A stretch of DNA of 36,160 nt. Origin: Minisyncoccota bacterium. GTDB lineage: Bacteria > Patescibacteriota > Minisyncoccia > Phycocordibacterales > Phycocordibacteraceae. The stretch spans positions 1 to 36,160 of the forward strand of contig DATKTL010000011.1 of the NCBI GenBank assembly GCA_035531095.1, written 5' to 3'. Shown in pieces: positions 6,726 through 16,550 of this stretch. Position numbers and translations under genes: made by a program. Position 1 is the first letter of the stretch; each line of letters opens with the position of its first letter. Under the pieces are notes generated by a model. The model worked only from the letters and a program-made list of their open reading frames with translations. It made no database searches and had not been told where the DNA came from.

Positions 6726-9110
6726 ATGCCTAAAGCCGCAAAAGTTTCTGTTCGAACCAAGACCGTCACGAGTGCGCCGAAGGTGACGACAACGGAGGTC
6801 TCGAAAGAAACGAAGCGCTATCGGGAGATGATCCCGCAGATCGAGAAGCGCGACGGGCGTCTCGTCTCGTTCGATTTCGATAAGATCGTCACGGCGGTGT
6901 GGAAGGCGATGATGGCGGCGGAGGAAGGCAGCCAGGAAGATGCAGTGCTCGTGGCGCACCAGGTCGCCGGCGAGCTCGGGCGCTTCGCGAAGAAGTATAA
7001 GAGCTTCCTCCCGACAGTCGAGGGCATGCAGGACTCGGTCGAGAAATACCTCATCGTCAACGACTACGTGAAGGCGGCGAAGGCGTACATCCTCTATCGC
7101 GACAAGCGCGCCCAGCTGCGCGCCGCGCACGTCGAGGTTCCCGAGCATGTGCGGAAGCTCGCTCTTGAGAGCAAGAAGTATTTCGAAGGGAACGTGCTCG
7201 GCGAGTTCGTCTACCTGCGCACGTATGCGAAGTGGATCCCTGAAGAGGGTCGTCGCGAGACGTGGGTCGAGACGGTCGATCGCTACGTCGATTTCATGCG
7301 CGAGAATCTCGGGAACAAGCTCACGGAGAAAGAGTATGCCGAAGTGCGCACGGGCATCCTCAAACAGGAGGTGATGCCGTCGATGCGCCTCATGCAGTTC
7401 GCCGGGGAGCCCGCGCGCCGCTGCAATACGTGCGCCTATAACTGTACCTTCACCGCGCCGACGAAGCTCACCGACTTCGCCGAGATCATGTACCTCTCGA
7501 TGCAGGGCTGCGGCGTCGGCTTCGCGGTGGAGAGCCAGAATGTCGAGCAGTTCCCGCAGATCATGAAGCAGATCGGCAAGAAGGTCGAGACGCACACCAT
7601 CGCCGACTCGAAGGAGGGCTGGTGCGATGCGCTTACGCTCGGCGTTACGACGTGGTATGCGGGCAAGGATATCGATTTCGACCTCTCCCAGATCCGCCCC
7701 GCCGGCGCGCGGCTGAAGACCATGGGAGGCAAAGCGTCCGGCCCGGAGCCGCTCCGCTCGCTCCTCGCCTTTGCGCGCGAGCGTATCCTCGCTCGCCAGG
7801 GCCGCCGCCTGCGCGCTATCGACGTGCATGACGTTATCTGCAAGATCGGTGAGTGCGTGGTCGCCGGCGGCGTGCGCCGCACCGCGATGATCTCGCTCTC
7901 CGACCTCGATGACGCCGACATGCGCGATGCCAAGAAGGGCCAGTTCTACATGACCGATCCGCACCGCTCGGTGGCGAACAACTCTGCCGTCTATGAGGCG
8001 CAGCCGACCAATACCGAGCTTATGGACGAGTGGGTCGCGCTCATGAAGAGCGGCAGCGGCGAGCGCGGCATCTTCAACCGCGGAGCGCTCGCGGAGACCA
8101 TGCCGAAGCGCCGCGTCGACTATTTCAAGGAAGTCGGTTTCATCGGCGAGGACGGCGTCGTGCGCGGCTCGATCGGCACCAATCCGTGCGCCGAGATCAT
8201 CCTGCAGTCGAAGCAGTTCTGTAATCTCTCCGAGGTCATCGCGCGCGCGAATGACACCGAAGCGTCGCTCTTGCGCAAGGCGCGCCTCGCCTCCATCATC
8301 GGCACCTACCAGTCGTCCTTGACGAAGTTCGGCTACATCTCGAAGGACTGGACCGACCATAATAAGGCAGAGCGTCTCCTCGGCGTCTCGATCACGGGGC
8401 AGTGGGATTCTCCGGTCGTGCGCAATCCGGAAGTGATGCAGAAAGTCCGCGACATGGCGGTGAAGACCAACGTCACGTATGCGAAGCGTCTCGGCATCGA
8501 GCGCTCGATGTCGGTCACGGCCGTGAAGCCCTCCGGCACCGTCTCGCAGACCTTCAACTGCGCCTCGGGCATCCACCCGCGCCATGCGCCGTACTACATC
8601 CGCCGCGTGCGCATCAGCGCGACCGACTCGCTCTTCAAGCTCATGCGCGATCAGGGCGTGCCGTACTACCCGGAAGTGGGACAGTCGATGGAAGAGGCGA
8701 ATACCTACGTGCTCGAGTTCCCGGTGAAATCACCCGATCACTCCAAGGAAGCGCGTTTCAAGGACGACCTCACGGCGCTCGACCAGCTCGAATACTGGAA
8801 GAAGGTCAAGCTCAATTACACCGAGCACAATCCCTCCGCGACCATCTCGGTGGGTGAGGATGAATGGATTGCCGTGGTCGATTGGGTGCAGAAGAACTGG
8901 AGCATCATCGGCGGCCTCTCCTTCCTCCCGCGCTCTAACCACGTGTACCGTCTCGCTCCGTACGAGACCATCACCAAGGAAGAATACGACGCGCGCATGT
9001 CCCGATTCCCGACTGTGGACTACAGCAAGCTCACGGCCTATGAACGGCAGGATGAGTCGGACATGAAGAGGGAACTCGCCTGTGCCGGCGGCACCTGCGA
9101 AATAGTTTAA
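6726..9110 (+). CDS. nrdJ: Class II (adenosylcobalamin-dependent) ribonucleotide reductase with N-terminal ATP-cone
   Basis: 794 aa with ATP-cone IEKRDGRLVSFDFDKI, NrdJ blocks MQGCGVGF, NPCAEI.L....CNLSE and TVSQ, and a C-terminal Cys pair CAGGTCEIV. The start could instead be M35 (6828). Confidence 0.9.
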   Translation: MPKAAKVSVRTKTVTSAPKVTTTEVSKETKRYREMIPQIEKRDGRLVSFDFDKIVTAVWKAMMAAEEGSQEDAVLVAHQVAGELGRFAKKYKSFLPTVEGMQDSVEKYLIVNDYVKAAKAYILYRDKRAQLRAAHVEVPEHVRKLALESKKYFEGNVLGEFVYLRTYAKWIPEEGRRETWVETVDRYVDFMRENLGNKLTEKEYAEVRTGILKQEVMPSMRLMQFAGEPARRCNTCAYNCTFTAPTKLTDFAEIMYLSMQGCGVGFAVESQNVEQFPQIMKQIGKKVETHTIADSKEGWCDALTLGVTTWYAGKDIDFDLSQIRPAGARLKTMGGKASGPEPLRSLLAFARERILARQGRRLRAIDVHDVICKIGECVVAGGVRRTAMISLSDLDDADMRDAKKGQFYMTDPHRSVANNSAVYEAQPTNTELMDEWVALMKSGSGERGIFNRGALAETMPKRRVDYFKEVGFIGEDGVVRGSIGTNPCAEIILQSKQFCNLSEVIARANDTEASLLRKARLASIIGTYQSSLTKFGYISKDWTDHNKAERLLGVSITGQWDSPVVRNPEVMQKVRDMAVKTNVTYAKRLGIERSMSVTAVKPSGTVSQTFNCASGIHPRHAPYYIRRVRISATDSLFKLMRDQGVPYYPEVGQSMEEANTYVLEFPVKSPDHSKEARFKDDLTALDQLEYWKKVKLNYTEHNPSATISVGEDEWIAVVDWVQKNWSIIGGLSFLPRSNHVYRLAPYETITKEEYDARMSRFPTVDYSKLTAYERQDESDMKRELACAGGTCEIV

Positions 9111-9123
9111 GGAAGTCTGTAAA

Positions 9124-9160
9124 ATGAGAAAACCCACAGCAGGAGCGTGGGTTTTCTCAT
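9124..9160. terminator. Bidirectional terminator between convergent nrdJ and rnpB
   Basis: ATGAGAAAACCCAC / 9-nt loop / GTGGGTTTTCTCAT gives a perfect 14-bp stem, with an A-run and T-run on either side. Confidence 0.75.
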
Positions 9161-9166
9161 TTATAT

Positions 9167-9518
9167 GGACCGGGCCGATAAGCCGAATTCTGTCTGGCCC
9201 CACTTCGCGTGAAGCTACGCGGGGCGAGACGATCATTTATCTGGGCCCGTGATTGCTCACGAGCTCGAGCGGCACTCCCGACCGAAGTCGGGCACGGCCT
9301 TGCACGGGGGTAAGGATTTGGTCGTTGCACCCTCGTCTCTCGACGAGATTCTCCCCGAAGGGAGTCTCCGGCTTTCGCCTTTGACGTCACTGTGGTCACC
9401 TCTCATCTCGCGATGTATGGGAGTTACCCATTACCTGTTTGCGCGTCCTTTCGGACGGCCCGTGTTCGGACTTTCCTCTCCGTGGGAAATCTCGCAGAGC
9501 GATCGTCTAGCCTGGTCC
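9167..9518 (-). ncRNA. rnpB: RNase P RNA (bacterial type A-like, ~352 nt)
   Basis: The minus strand contains GAGAGGAAAGUCCGAACAC (reverse complement of 9467-9478 and flanks) and ACAGAAUUCGGCUUAUCGGCCC (reverse complement of 9178-9193), the universally conserved P4-forming regions. The P1 ends GGACCAGGC / GCCCGGUCC pair. It has its own TGcTATAAT promoter. Confidence 0.85.
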
Positions 9519-9524
9519 GAGAAC

Positions 9525-9533
9525 ATTATAGCA
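9525..9533 (-). promoter_or_regulatory. Extended -10 TGcTATAAT for rnpB
   Basis: Reverse complement of 9525-9533. It ends 6 nt before the P1 5' G at 9518. Confidence 0.55.
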
Positions 9534-9626
9534 CACATTTTGAGTGTGGATGAATGCCGTTCTCGGAGCGGCTGCAAGGTATACTGGAGGGTATTATCAC
9601 TATCAGAATCACCACTTTTACCTATC

Positions 9627-11990
9627 ATGCCTCCGCAACCGTCAGCTCCGCGTCGCCGCTCGTTCGATACTGCCAGCATCTGGGCGCTCTTCATCACGAT
9701 CGTCGCTGTGCTCGTCGTCATCCCGTCTGCCGCGACGCCGTTCGCGACGACGAAGGTTTTCCTGCTTGCCGCCGGAACGCTCGTCACGCTCGCGCTCTAC
9801 ATCCTCGCGCGTCTCACGCGCGGTAATGTCATCTTCCCGTCTTCAGTGCTCGTGGGCGCGCTCTGGCTGCCGGTCGTCGCGTACGCGCTCTCTGCGGCAT
9901 TCTCCGGCGCGCCGTTCGCAGGCTCGCTCTGGGGGGCAGCGCTCGAGCCTGACACGCTCGGCTTCATGCTCGCGGTGGCCGTGCTCGGGACGCTCGCAGC
10001 GCTCATCCTGCGCCGTCCTGAGCACTACCGGTCGTTCCTGAATGTCGGCGCCTACACGTTCGGCGCTATGGCTCTCGTCGGGACGATCATCGTCATCATC
10101 GGCCAATTCCTCCCGAATGTCGTTTCTCCGGCGTTCTCGATCGTCGGGTCCATGAGCGATCTCGCCATCTTCCTCGGCCTCGGCGTCGTCCTCCTCCTCA
10201 TCACGTTCCGCTTCCTCGAACCGTCCCTGCGCGCTCGCCGCGCGCTTCTTGCAAGCGGCGTCCTGGCGCTCTTTCTGATTGCTGTCGCCAACTCGTCCCT
10301 GGTATGGACACTCCTCGCGCTCGCCTCGCTCGGCCTCTTCGTCGAAGCGGTCATGCGGCACGGCTCGAATGCTGCGGACGCTGATCTCGAGGGTGCCGTC
10401 GTCGTCGCCGAAGCCCCGCTTGAAGAAGGCGAGGGGAATCGTCCGCTCGCGCTCCCGCTCGCCGTGCTCGCGGTATCACTCTTCTTCCTCATCGGCGGCA
10501 CGCTGGGCAGCGCTCTCGGCAGTGCGCTCCATGTGAACATGCTCAGCGTCCGTCCCTCGTGGCAGTCGACGCTCTCGGTCGCGGAGAAGACTTACGCGGT
10601 CTCGCCGGTCTTCGGGAGCGGCCCGAGCACATTCGGCGCACAGTGGCTCAAGTATCGCGATGCGTCGCTCAATTCGACCGTTTTCTGGAACGTCGATTTC
10701 TCCTCCGGTATCGGATTCATCCCGACATCTCTCGTGACGACCGGCATCGTCGGCGCGCTCGCCTGGCTCGCCTTCCTCGGTCTCTTCATCGTGCTCGGGC
10801 TCCGCATGCTCCTCGTGCGCACGCCGCAAGACGCCTTCACGCGGTATGTCGCCATCGTCTCGTTCGTCGGCTCGCTCTACCTCTTCGCCGTCGCGCTGTT
10901 CGATCTGCCCGGCACGATCATCATCGCGCTCGCCTTCGTCTTCGCGGGGCTCTTCATATCGACGACGCGATTCGCGAAGGACGGTCGCCAGTGGGGCATC
11001 CTGTTCTCACGCAGTCCGCGCCTCGGTTTCGTCATCGTATTCTCGCTGACTATCCTCCTCCTTTCCTCAGTCGTGGTCGCCTACGCGCTCGTCGAGCGCT
11101 ACATCGCGACGACCGAGGTGGCGAGCGCGGCAGCCGCGCTCTCTGCGGGGAACCTCGACGCAGCCGATGCGGCAGCGCAGAGCGCGCTCTCGTTCGCGCC
11201 GACCGTGTCGGCCTATCAAGTCCAGGCCAGTGTCGCGAAAGCGCAGCTCGGCATCATCGCCGCTTCGACGACTATAGAGAAGAGCGCCGCGCAGCAGGCG
11301 TATCAGAGTGCGCTCTCCTCCGGCATCAACGCCGCGCTGACCGCGACGAATCTCGACCCATCTGATTACCAGAACTGGATCGCGCTCGGCAACCTCTATG
11401 CGCAGGCGGTACCGCTCGGCGTCTCAAGCGCCTACGAGAGCGCGAAGACCGCGTACCAGAAAGCGCAGGCTCTCAACCCGACGAACCCGCAGATCCCCTA
11501 TATCCTCGCGCAGCTCGATATCGCGAATAAGGACACGAAGACGGCGCAGGATGACCTGAAAGCGGCCATCTCGCTGAAGCAGGACTACACCGCAGCGATC
11601 TTCCTCCTCTCGCAGCTCGAGGTGCAGGACGGCAACGTGAAAGACGCGCTCACGTCGGCGCTCGCGGCGGCATACTTTGCGCCGAATGATCCGAACATCC
11701 TCTTCCAGGTCGGCGTGCTCTATGCGGCACAGAACGATTTCCCGAATGCCGCCTCGGCGCTCTCTGCCGCGGTCGCAGCGAATCCGCAATTCGCGAACGC
11801 GCGCTACCTGCTCGCGGCGGTCTATGCCAAGCAGGGCGATATGACGAACGCGCTCGCGCAGATGCAGGCGATCGCGGCGATGTCGGGCGACAACGCGACC
11901 GCCGTCGCCTCGCAGCTCTCGGCGCTTGCGGCAGGCAAGAATCCGTTCCCGGCGAATCTCCTCTCGGCTTCTTCGACGCCCGTGAAATAA
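9627..11990 (+). CDS. Large polytopic membrane protein, O-antigen-ligase/Wzy-like core with C-terminal TPR repeats
   Basis: About 788 aa with more than 10 predicted TM helices. The C-terminal ~250 aa have repeated TPR-like A..Y..A....P.. units (YQNWIALGNLY, AQALNPTNPQ, AVAANPQFANARYLLAAVYAKQGD). The track ORF start at 9249 is rejected because it overlaps rnpB. Confidence 0.7.
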   Translation: MPPQPSAPRRRSFDTASIWALFITIVAVLVVIPSAATPFATTKVFLLAAGTLVTLALYILARLTRGNVIFPSSVLVGALWLPVVAYALSAAFSGAPFAGSLWGAALEPDTLGFMLAVAVLGTLAALILRRPEHYRSFLNVGAYTFGAMALVGTIIVIIGQFLPNVVSPAFSIVGSMSDLAIFLGLGVVLLLITFRFLEPSLRARRALLASGVLALFLIAVANSSLVWTLLALASLGLFVEAVMRHGSNAADADLEGAVVVAEAPLEEGEGNRPLALPLAVLAVSLFFLIGGTLGSALGSALHVNMLSVRPSWQSTLSVAEKTYAVSPVFGSGPSTFGAQWLKYRDASLNSTVFWNVDFSSGIGFIPTSLVTTGIVGALAWLAFLGLFIVLGLRMLLVRTPQDAFTRYVAIVSFVGSLYLFAVALFDLPGTIIIALAFVFAGLFISTTRFAKDGRQWGILFSRSPRLGFVIVFSLTILLLSSVVVAYALVERYIATTEVASAAAALSAGNLDAADAAAQSALSFAPTVSAYQVQASVAKAQLGIIAASTTIEKSAAQQAYQSALSSGINAALTATNLDPSDYQNWIALGNLYAQAVPLGVSSAYESAKTAYQKAQALNPTNPQIPYILAQLDIANKDTKTAQDDLKAAISLKQDYTAAIFLLSQLEVQDGNVKDALTSALAAAYFAPNDPNILFQVGVLYAAQNDFPNAASALSAAVAANPQFANARYLLAAVYAKQGDMTNALAQMQAIAAMSGDNATAVASQLSALAAGKNPFPANLLSASSTPVK

Positions 11991-11995
11991 GGGGT

Positions 11996-12001
11996 TAGAA
12001 T
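11996..12001 (+). promoter_or_regulatory. -10 TAGAAT, 8 nt before the murJ ATG
   Basis: TAGAAT at 11996-12001 and ATG at 12010, with no SD. Confidence 0.45.
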
Positions 12002-12009
12002 AGGGCCAT

Positions 12010-13692
12010 ATGGTCAAGCGGCTCTTCGAGCGCATCGCAGCACCGGTACGCGGCCTTCACCAGGCCGCGTACTTGCTCGCGGCGCTGACGCTCGCCTCGC
12101 AAGCCCTCGCTCTCCTTCGCGATCGCACCTTCGCACACACCTTCGGCGCGGGGCAAGTGCTCGATCTCTATTATGCTGCGTTCCGCGTGCCGGACCTGGT
12201 CTTCGCTCTCGTCTCGTCGCTCGTGAGCGCCTACGTGATCATTCCGCGCATCACGGGGATGGATAGGGAGAAGACGCGCGAGCTTCTCTCGGAGTCGGCG
12301 ACGTTCCTCTTCGCTATCGGCGGCATCATCTGCATCGTGATCGGCATCTTCATGCCGCAGTTCCTCGCTCTCCTCTACCCGAGCTTCGTCGCGTCGCCCG
12401 CGCAGGCGCAATTCGTGCTCCTCGCCCGCATCCTGCTCATCCAGCCCATCCTCCTCGGGCTCTCCGGCATCATCTCGAGCGTGACGCAGGTGCACCGCCG
12501 CTTCACGCTCTTCGCCCTCTCGCCGGTCCTCTATAATCTCGGCATCATCCTCGGCACCGTCATCCTCTACCCGCGCTGGGGCTTGCCGGGCATCGGCATC
12601 GGCGTCGTCATCGGTGCCGTCGGCTACCTCGCCGTGAACATCCCGGTCGTCATCGAGGCCGGCGTCGTACCGCGCTTCCGCCTCCCGAAATTCGCGACCA
12701 TGGCGCCGATCGTGCATAATTCCGTACCGCGCTCGCTCGCGCTCGGCGTGAATTCGTTCACGATGCTCTTCCTCACGGCGATGGCTTCGCGAGTCGGCAC
12801 CGGATCGGTCTCCGTCTTCACGTTCGCCGGCAATCTCGAGGCGGTCCCGCTCGCTCTCATCGGTTCCTCGTACGCGGTGGCGGCATTCCCAGCGCTCTCC
12901 GAAGCGCTCGCGCTCAAGGACCACGATGAGTTCATGAAGATACTCTCGGCGGGCGCGCGGCATATCATCCTCTGGTCGGTCGTCGCGCTCGGCCTTATTG
13001 CGGTGCTGCGCGCGCATCTCGTGCGCGTCATCCTCGGAAGCGGCGCCTTCGATTGGAATGCGACGCGCCTTACCGCGGCGCTCCTCGTCATCCTGGCGAT
13101 CGGTCTCGTGGTCGACGCGCTCGAGCTCCTCTTCTCCCGAGCGCTCTACGCGGCGCGGCAATCGTGGCGCCCGCTCCTCTATCAGCTGGCCGGCGGCGCG
13201 CTTACGGTCGTCCTCGCGCTCGCTTTCGTCGCTATGCCAGCCCGCACGCTCTTGACCCCGCTCGCTGATTTCCTTAAGGTCGGCGATATCCCCGGCACCG
13301 CCGTCCTCCTCCTCGCGCTTGCTAACATCATCGGGCAATTCTTCCTCGTTTTCCTCTCTCTCGTCGCGCTGCGGAGCGTCGCTCCCGGGCTCTCCCGCAC
13401 GCTTCTGCGGCCGCTTATCGACGGCAGTATCGCGGCGGTCGCGGGCGGTGCGGCTACGTACGCGGTCCTCTCGCTTGAGGGCGGCATCGCCCCCCTCACG
13501 ACCCTTATGTCCGTCTTTACCCAAGGGCTCGTTGCTGGTATCGTTGGCCTTGCTGCCTCGGCGCTCGCGCTCTACCTCACTGAGAATGAAGAATTCCGCA
13601 TCGTCGTGAATGCGCTCGGCCGGCTCTTGCGGTCGCCGGCGAAAGCGTCTGCCGCACTCGAGCCGTCCGCCGAAGAACCGGTACAACCGTAA
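12010..13692 (+). CDS. murJ: Lipid II flippase MurJ (MviN)
   Basis: 560 aa with ~14 TM helices. N-terminal block LLALLRDRTFAHTFGAGQVLDLYYAAFRVPDLVF is typical of MurJ. Confidence 0.9.
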   Translation: MVKRLFERIAAPVRGLHQAAYLLAALTLASQALALLRDRTFAHTFGAGQVLDLYYAAFRVPDLVFALVSSLVSAYVIIPRITGMDREKTRELLSESATFLFAIGGIICIVIGIFMPQFLALLYPSFVASPAQAQFVLLARILLIQPILLGLSGIISSVTQVHRRFTLFALSPVLYNLGIILGTVILYPRWGLPGIGIGVVIGAVGYLAVNIPVVIEAGVVPRFRLPKFATMAPIVHNSVPRSLALGVNSFTMLFLTAMASRVGTGSVSVFTFAGNLEAVPLALIGSSYAVAAFPALSEALALKDHDEFMKILSAGARHIILWSVVALGLIAVLRAHLVRVILGSGAFDWNATRLTAALLVILAIGLVVDALELLFSRALYAARQSWRPLLYQLAGGALTVVLALAFVAMPARTLLTPLADFLKVGDIPGTAVLLLALANIIGQFFLVFLSLVALRSVAPGLSRTLLRPLIDGSIAAVAGGAATYAVLSLEGGIAPLTTLMSVFTQGLVAGIVGLAASALALYLTENEEFRIVVNALGRLLRSPAKASAALEPSAEEPVQP

Positions 13693-15509
13693 TGAACCAA
13701 AACCACCTTCGTAACTTTTCGATAATCGCGCACGTCGACCATGGTAAGTCGACGTTGGCTGATCGCCTGCTCGAGCGCACGGGCGCCATCCCGGAGCGCC
13801 TGATGCGCGACCAGGTGCTCGACCGCATGGACCTCGAGCGCGAACGCGGTATTACCATCAAGATGCAACCCGTTAGAATGAAATACCAATATTCTGACGG
13901 GTCGGGGCCGGCGCAGGAGTATGTGTTGAACCTGATCGATACGCCTGGTCACATCGACTTCTCCTATGAAGTGTCGCGAGCGCTGAAAGCGGTCGAGGGC
14001 GTGCTCCTCCTGGTCGATTCGACCCAGGGCGTGCAGGCACAGACGCTGACCACGCTCGCGATGGCGCAGGCGCAGGGCTGCACCGTGATCCCTGTCATCT
14101 CGAAGATCGACGCCCCTGCCGCGCGCGTGGACGAAGTCTCGGGCGAGCTCGCGAAGCTTTTGCATATCAATAAGGAGGAGGTCATTGCGGTCTCGGGGAA
14201 GACCGGGGCGGGTGTTGCTGAGCTGCTTGAGGCTATCGTCGAGCGCGTGCCTCCTCCTCACGCCTCCGCCGCCGGCAGCGAGCCTCGCGGCCTGGTGTTC
14301 GATTTTTCATACTCGAAGCATCGCGGCGTCGCGGTGTACCTGCGCGTATTCGATGGTACGTTTAGGAAAGGGCAGCCGCTCCGCTTCGCGGCCGCCAGGA
14401 AAGAATTCATCGCGCTCGAGACCGGCATCTTCACGCCCGGGGAGACGCCCGCCGACTCTCTTTCGGCAGGAGAGATCGGCTACATCGTGACGGGTATCAA
14501 AGAAGCGGGCGTCGTCGCCGTCGGCGACACGATCGGTGCAGTGAAAGGCACGCTCCCGGCGCTCGAAGGCTACGGCCGGCCGCGGCCGGTGGTGTGGGCA
14601 TCGGTGTACCCGGAGAGCCAGGATGACCTCCCGCTTCTGCGCCAGTCGCTCGAGCGGTTGCGGCTCTCGGACTCATCGCTCTCGTTCGAGGAAGAGTCGT
14701 CCGGCGTGCTCGGGCGGGGATTCCGCTGCGGCTTCCTCGGCCTCCTGCACTTGGAGATCATCACCGAGCGCTTGCGTCGCGAGTTCGGCCTCGCGCTCGT
14801 CGTCACGATCCCGACCATCTCCTACGTCGTCACGAGCACTAGCGGCGTGCGCGAGGTCATCTATACGCCGGCGAAATTCCCCGAGCACGGCGACATCGCC
14901 CTTATCGAGGAGCCGTGGGCGAAAGTCATCATCATCATCCCGCCGGACTCGCTCTCGTCGCTCATCCAGCTCCTCTACGAGCACGAGGCGCAGACGATCG
15001 GTACTGAGACCTACCAGGACGGCCGCGTCGAGATGACAGTCGAGATGCCGCTCCGAGAACTCATGCGCGGATTCTTCGATACGCTCAAGAATATCTCCTC
15101 TGGGTATGCGTCGCTCTCCTACGAACTGCTCCCCGAGCGGGCGGCAGACGTCGTGAAGCTCGACATCCTCGTCGCCGAGGAGCCGGTACCGGCCTTCGCG
15201 CGCGTGGTCGCGCGGCGACGCGTCCAGGAAGAGGCGGATAAGATGGTGGAGAAGCTCCACAGTTCGCTGCCCAAACAGCTCTTCGTCACCAAGATACAGG
15301 CAAAAGCGCTCGGCCGCATCATCGCGAGCAAGACGCTCTCGGCGATGCGCAAAGATGTCACCGGCTACCTCTACGGCGGCGACGTCTCGCGCAAGAACAA
15401 GCTCCTCGACAAGCAGAAACGCGGCAAGAAGAAGATGCTCGAGCGGGGAACCGGCAAAGTGAACATCCCCGAGGAGGTCTTCATGAAGATGGTGCAGAGC
15501 GAGAGCTAG
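13692..15509 (+). CDS. lepA: Translation elongation factor 4 (LepA)
   Basis: RNFSIIAHVDHGKSTLADRLL, DTPGH, the characteristic LepA C-terminal domain and GKKKM near the C-terminus. The ATG overlaps the murJ TAA by 1 nt (TAATG). Confidence 0.95.
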   Translation: MNQNHLRNFSIIAHVDHGKSTLADRLLERTGAIPERLMRDQVLDRMDLERERGITIKMQPVRMKYQYSDGSGPAQEYVLNLIDTPGHIDFSYEVSRALKAVEGVLLLVDSTQGVQAQTLTTLAMAQAQGCTVIPVISKIDAPAARVDEVSGELAKLLHINKEEVIAVSGKTGAGVAELLEAIVERVPPPHASAAGSEPRGLVFDFSYSKHRGVAVYLRVFDGTFRKGQPLRFAAARKEFIALETGIFTPGETPADSLSAGEIGYIVTGIKEAGVVAVGDTIGAVKGTLPALEGYGRPRPVVWASVYPESQDDLPLLRQSLERLRLSDSSLSFEEESSGVLGRGFRCGFLGLLHLEIITERLRREFGLALVVTIPTISYVVTSTSGVREVIYTPAKFPEHGDIALIEEPWAKVIIIIPPDSLSSLIQLLYEHEAQTIGTETYQDGRVEMTVEMPLRELMRGFFDTLKNISSGYASLSYELLPERAADVVKLDILVAEEPVPAFARVVARRRVQEEADKMVEKLHSSLPKQLFVTKIQAKALGRIIASKTLSAMRKDVTGYLYGGDVSRKNKLLDKQKRGKKKMLERGTGKVNIPEEVFMKMVQSES

Positions 15510-15520
15510 CCCGCCGGGTA

Positions 15521-15526
15521 TATACT
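15521..15526 (+). promoter_or_regulatory. -10 TATACT, 6 nt before the ATG at 15533
   Basis: The same TATACTAGGG..ATG context occurs at lemA. Confidence 0.5.
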
Positions 15527-15532
15527 AGGGAT

Positions 15533-15874
15533 ATGCGCGCGAACCAGTGGCAACGGGGAGGTCTCATCGGCATCCTTCTGCTGGCGATATTCTGGCTCGT
15601 ATCGCTCATCTGGGGACTCGCAGGGAAGGCCCAGATAGCCGTCTCGCAGGCGGGCGATGCGCATCGGCAGTATCAGGCGCTTGAAGCCCGTAAGTCAGCG
15701 CTCGGCGCGAGCCTCGCGGCGCTCGCGACGAGCCGCGGCCGGGACGCCGCCATCCGGACGGCCTTCGGGGTTGCGCGGCCCGGGGAAGAGGTTATCGTAG
15801 TGGTACCGCCGGCGACGGCGACTCCCGCCGTGACGCCGGCTCCGTGGTGGCAGAAGGTGCTGAATTGGTTCTAG
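15533..15874 (+). CDS. Septum-formation-initiator-like (FtsB/DivIC-type) bitopic membrane protein
   Basis: 113 aa with an N-terminal TM helix, a short coiled-coil segment (QYQALEARKSALGASL) and the tail IRTAFGVARPGEEVIVV, typical of the family. Confidence 0.55.
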   Translation: MRANQWQRGGLIGILLLAIFWLVSLIWGLAGKAQIAVSQAGDAHRQYQALEARKSALGASLAALATSRGRDAAIRTAFGVARPGEEVIVVVPPATATPAVTPAPWWQKVLNWF

Positions 15875-15901
15875 ATCGAAGTTCGACTTCAATACGAAAA
15901 A

Positions 15902-15975
15902 GCGGGTATGGTTCAGTGGTAGAACGATTGCTTCCCAAGCAATAAACGCGAGTCCGATTCTCGCTACCCGCACCA
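15902..15975 (+). tRNA. tRNA-Gly (anticodon CCC), CCA encoded
   Basis: Acceptor GCGGGTA/TACCCGC, anticodon stem ATTGC/GCAAT with loop TTCCCAA, T-arm GCGAG-TCCGATT-CTCGC, 3' ACCA. Confidence 0.9.
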
Positions 15976-15995
15976 GTGGCATAATATTATTTCTA

Positions 15996-16004
15996 TGGTA
16001 TAGT
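15996..16004 (+). promoter_or_regulatory. Extended -10 TGgTATAGT for the orphan gene at 16037
   Basis: It lies in an AT-rich patch just after tRNA-Gly and is followed by a ~25-nt leader carrying SD GGGAGG (16026-16031). Confidence 0.45.
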
Positions 16005-16036
16005 CTTCATCAGATTGTCACCAAAGGGAGGTTGTC

Positions 16037-16531
16037 GTGAATACTATAGTGCTGAGACACAAGCTCGAGGAAGTGCCGATCAAGCGGCACGGTACGATCG
16101 CTGACGCATTCGCGATCGGCCTCGAGAAACGTCGGAAGGGTATCATCGCGAGTCTGGCGATATTCCGGGAACCGCTCGCGATGGAGTACGAAGGGGAGAT
16201 GAAGTATACGAAGACGCTCTCCCTCGCCACGCCCGGACGGAAGATGGACGTGCGCGAGTTCTACCTCGCGCTTCACGAGAGGCAGTGCCATCCGGCGAGC
16301 ATGAACGAGGATGTGGCATATCTCTTCATGCTCATGCATCACCACGTCGAGGCCGGCCCCATCCTCCACCTCGGGACCATTCTCCGCAGTGAGAGCTGCG
16401 AAGCCCAGAAGGAGCAGCGGCTTCTCACGAGAGAGGACGGGGGTGGCAGACTCGTCGATTTCTATTATCCTCAGACGTCGATCGAACCGAATTGCAGCGT
16501 CATCGTGAGGGAGGATGGCAGGCGCCACTGA
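16037..16531 (+). CDS. Hypothetical cytoplasmic protein, no family recognised (GTG start with strong SD)
   Basis: 164 aa. The plus frame has G/C-rich third positions, while the mirror minus ORF 16010-16528 does not read like a protein. AAGGGAGG lies 5 nt upstream of the GTG. It contains His/Cys-rich LHERQCH and MLMHHHVE. Confidence 0.6.
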   Translation: MNTIVLRHKLEEVPIKRHGTIADAFAIGLEKRRKGIIASLAIFREPLAMEYEGEMKYTKTLSLATPGRKMDVREFYLALHERQCHPASMNEDVAYLFMLMHHHVEAGPILHLGTILRSESCEAQKEQRLLTREDGGGRLVDFYYPQTSIEPNCSVIVREDGRRH

Positions 16532-16550
16532 CTGGTGGTGCGAAGCATCA

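Noticed and set aside
6585-8585. 666-aa minus-strand ORF
   Set aside because: It is antisense to nrdJ, with shadow-ORF composition (R/D/E/L/A) and no recognisable domain.
9249-9626. N-terminal 126 codons of the 913-aa ORF
   Set aside because: The region is occupied by RNase P RNA on the other strand (conserved GAGGAAAGUCCG and ACAGAAnnCGGCUUA blocks) and by its promoter. The membrane protein starts at ATG 9627.
11995-13686. 563-aa minus-strand ORF
   Set aside because: It is antisense to murJ, with extreme Arg/Glu/Asp content, so it is not protein-like.
16010-16528. 172-aa minus-strand mirror of the orphan gene
   Set aside because: G/C-rich third positions and the SD support the plus strand. 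The minus ORF has no start context.
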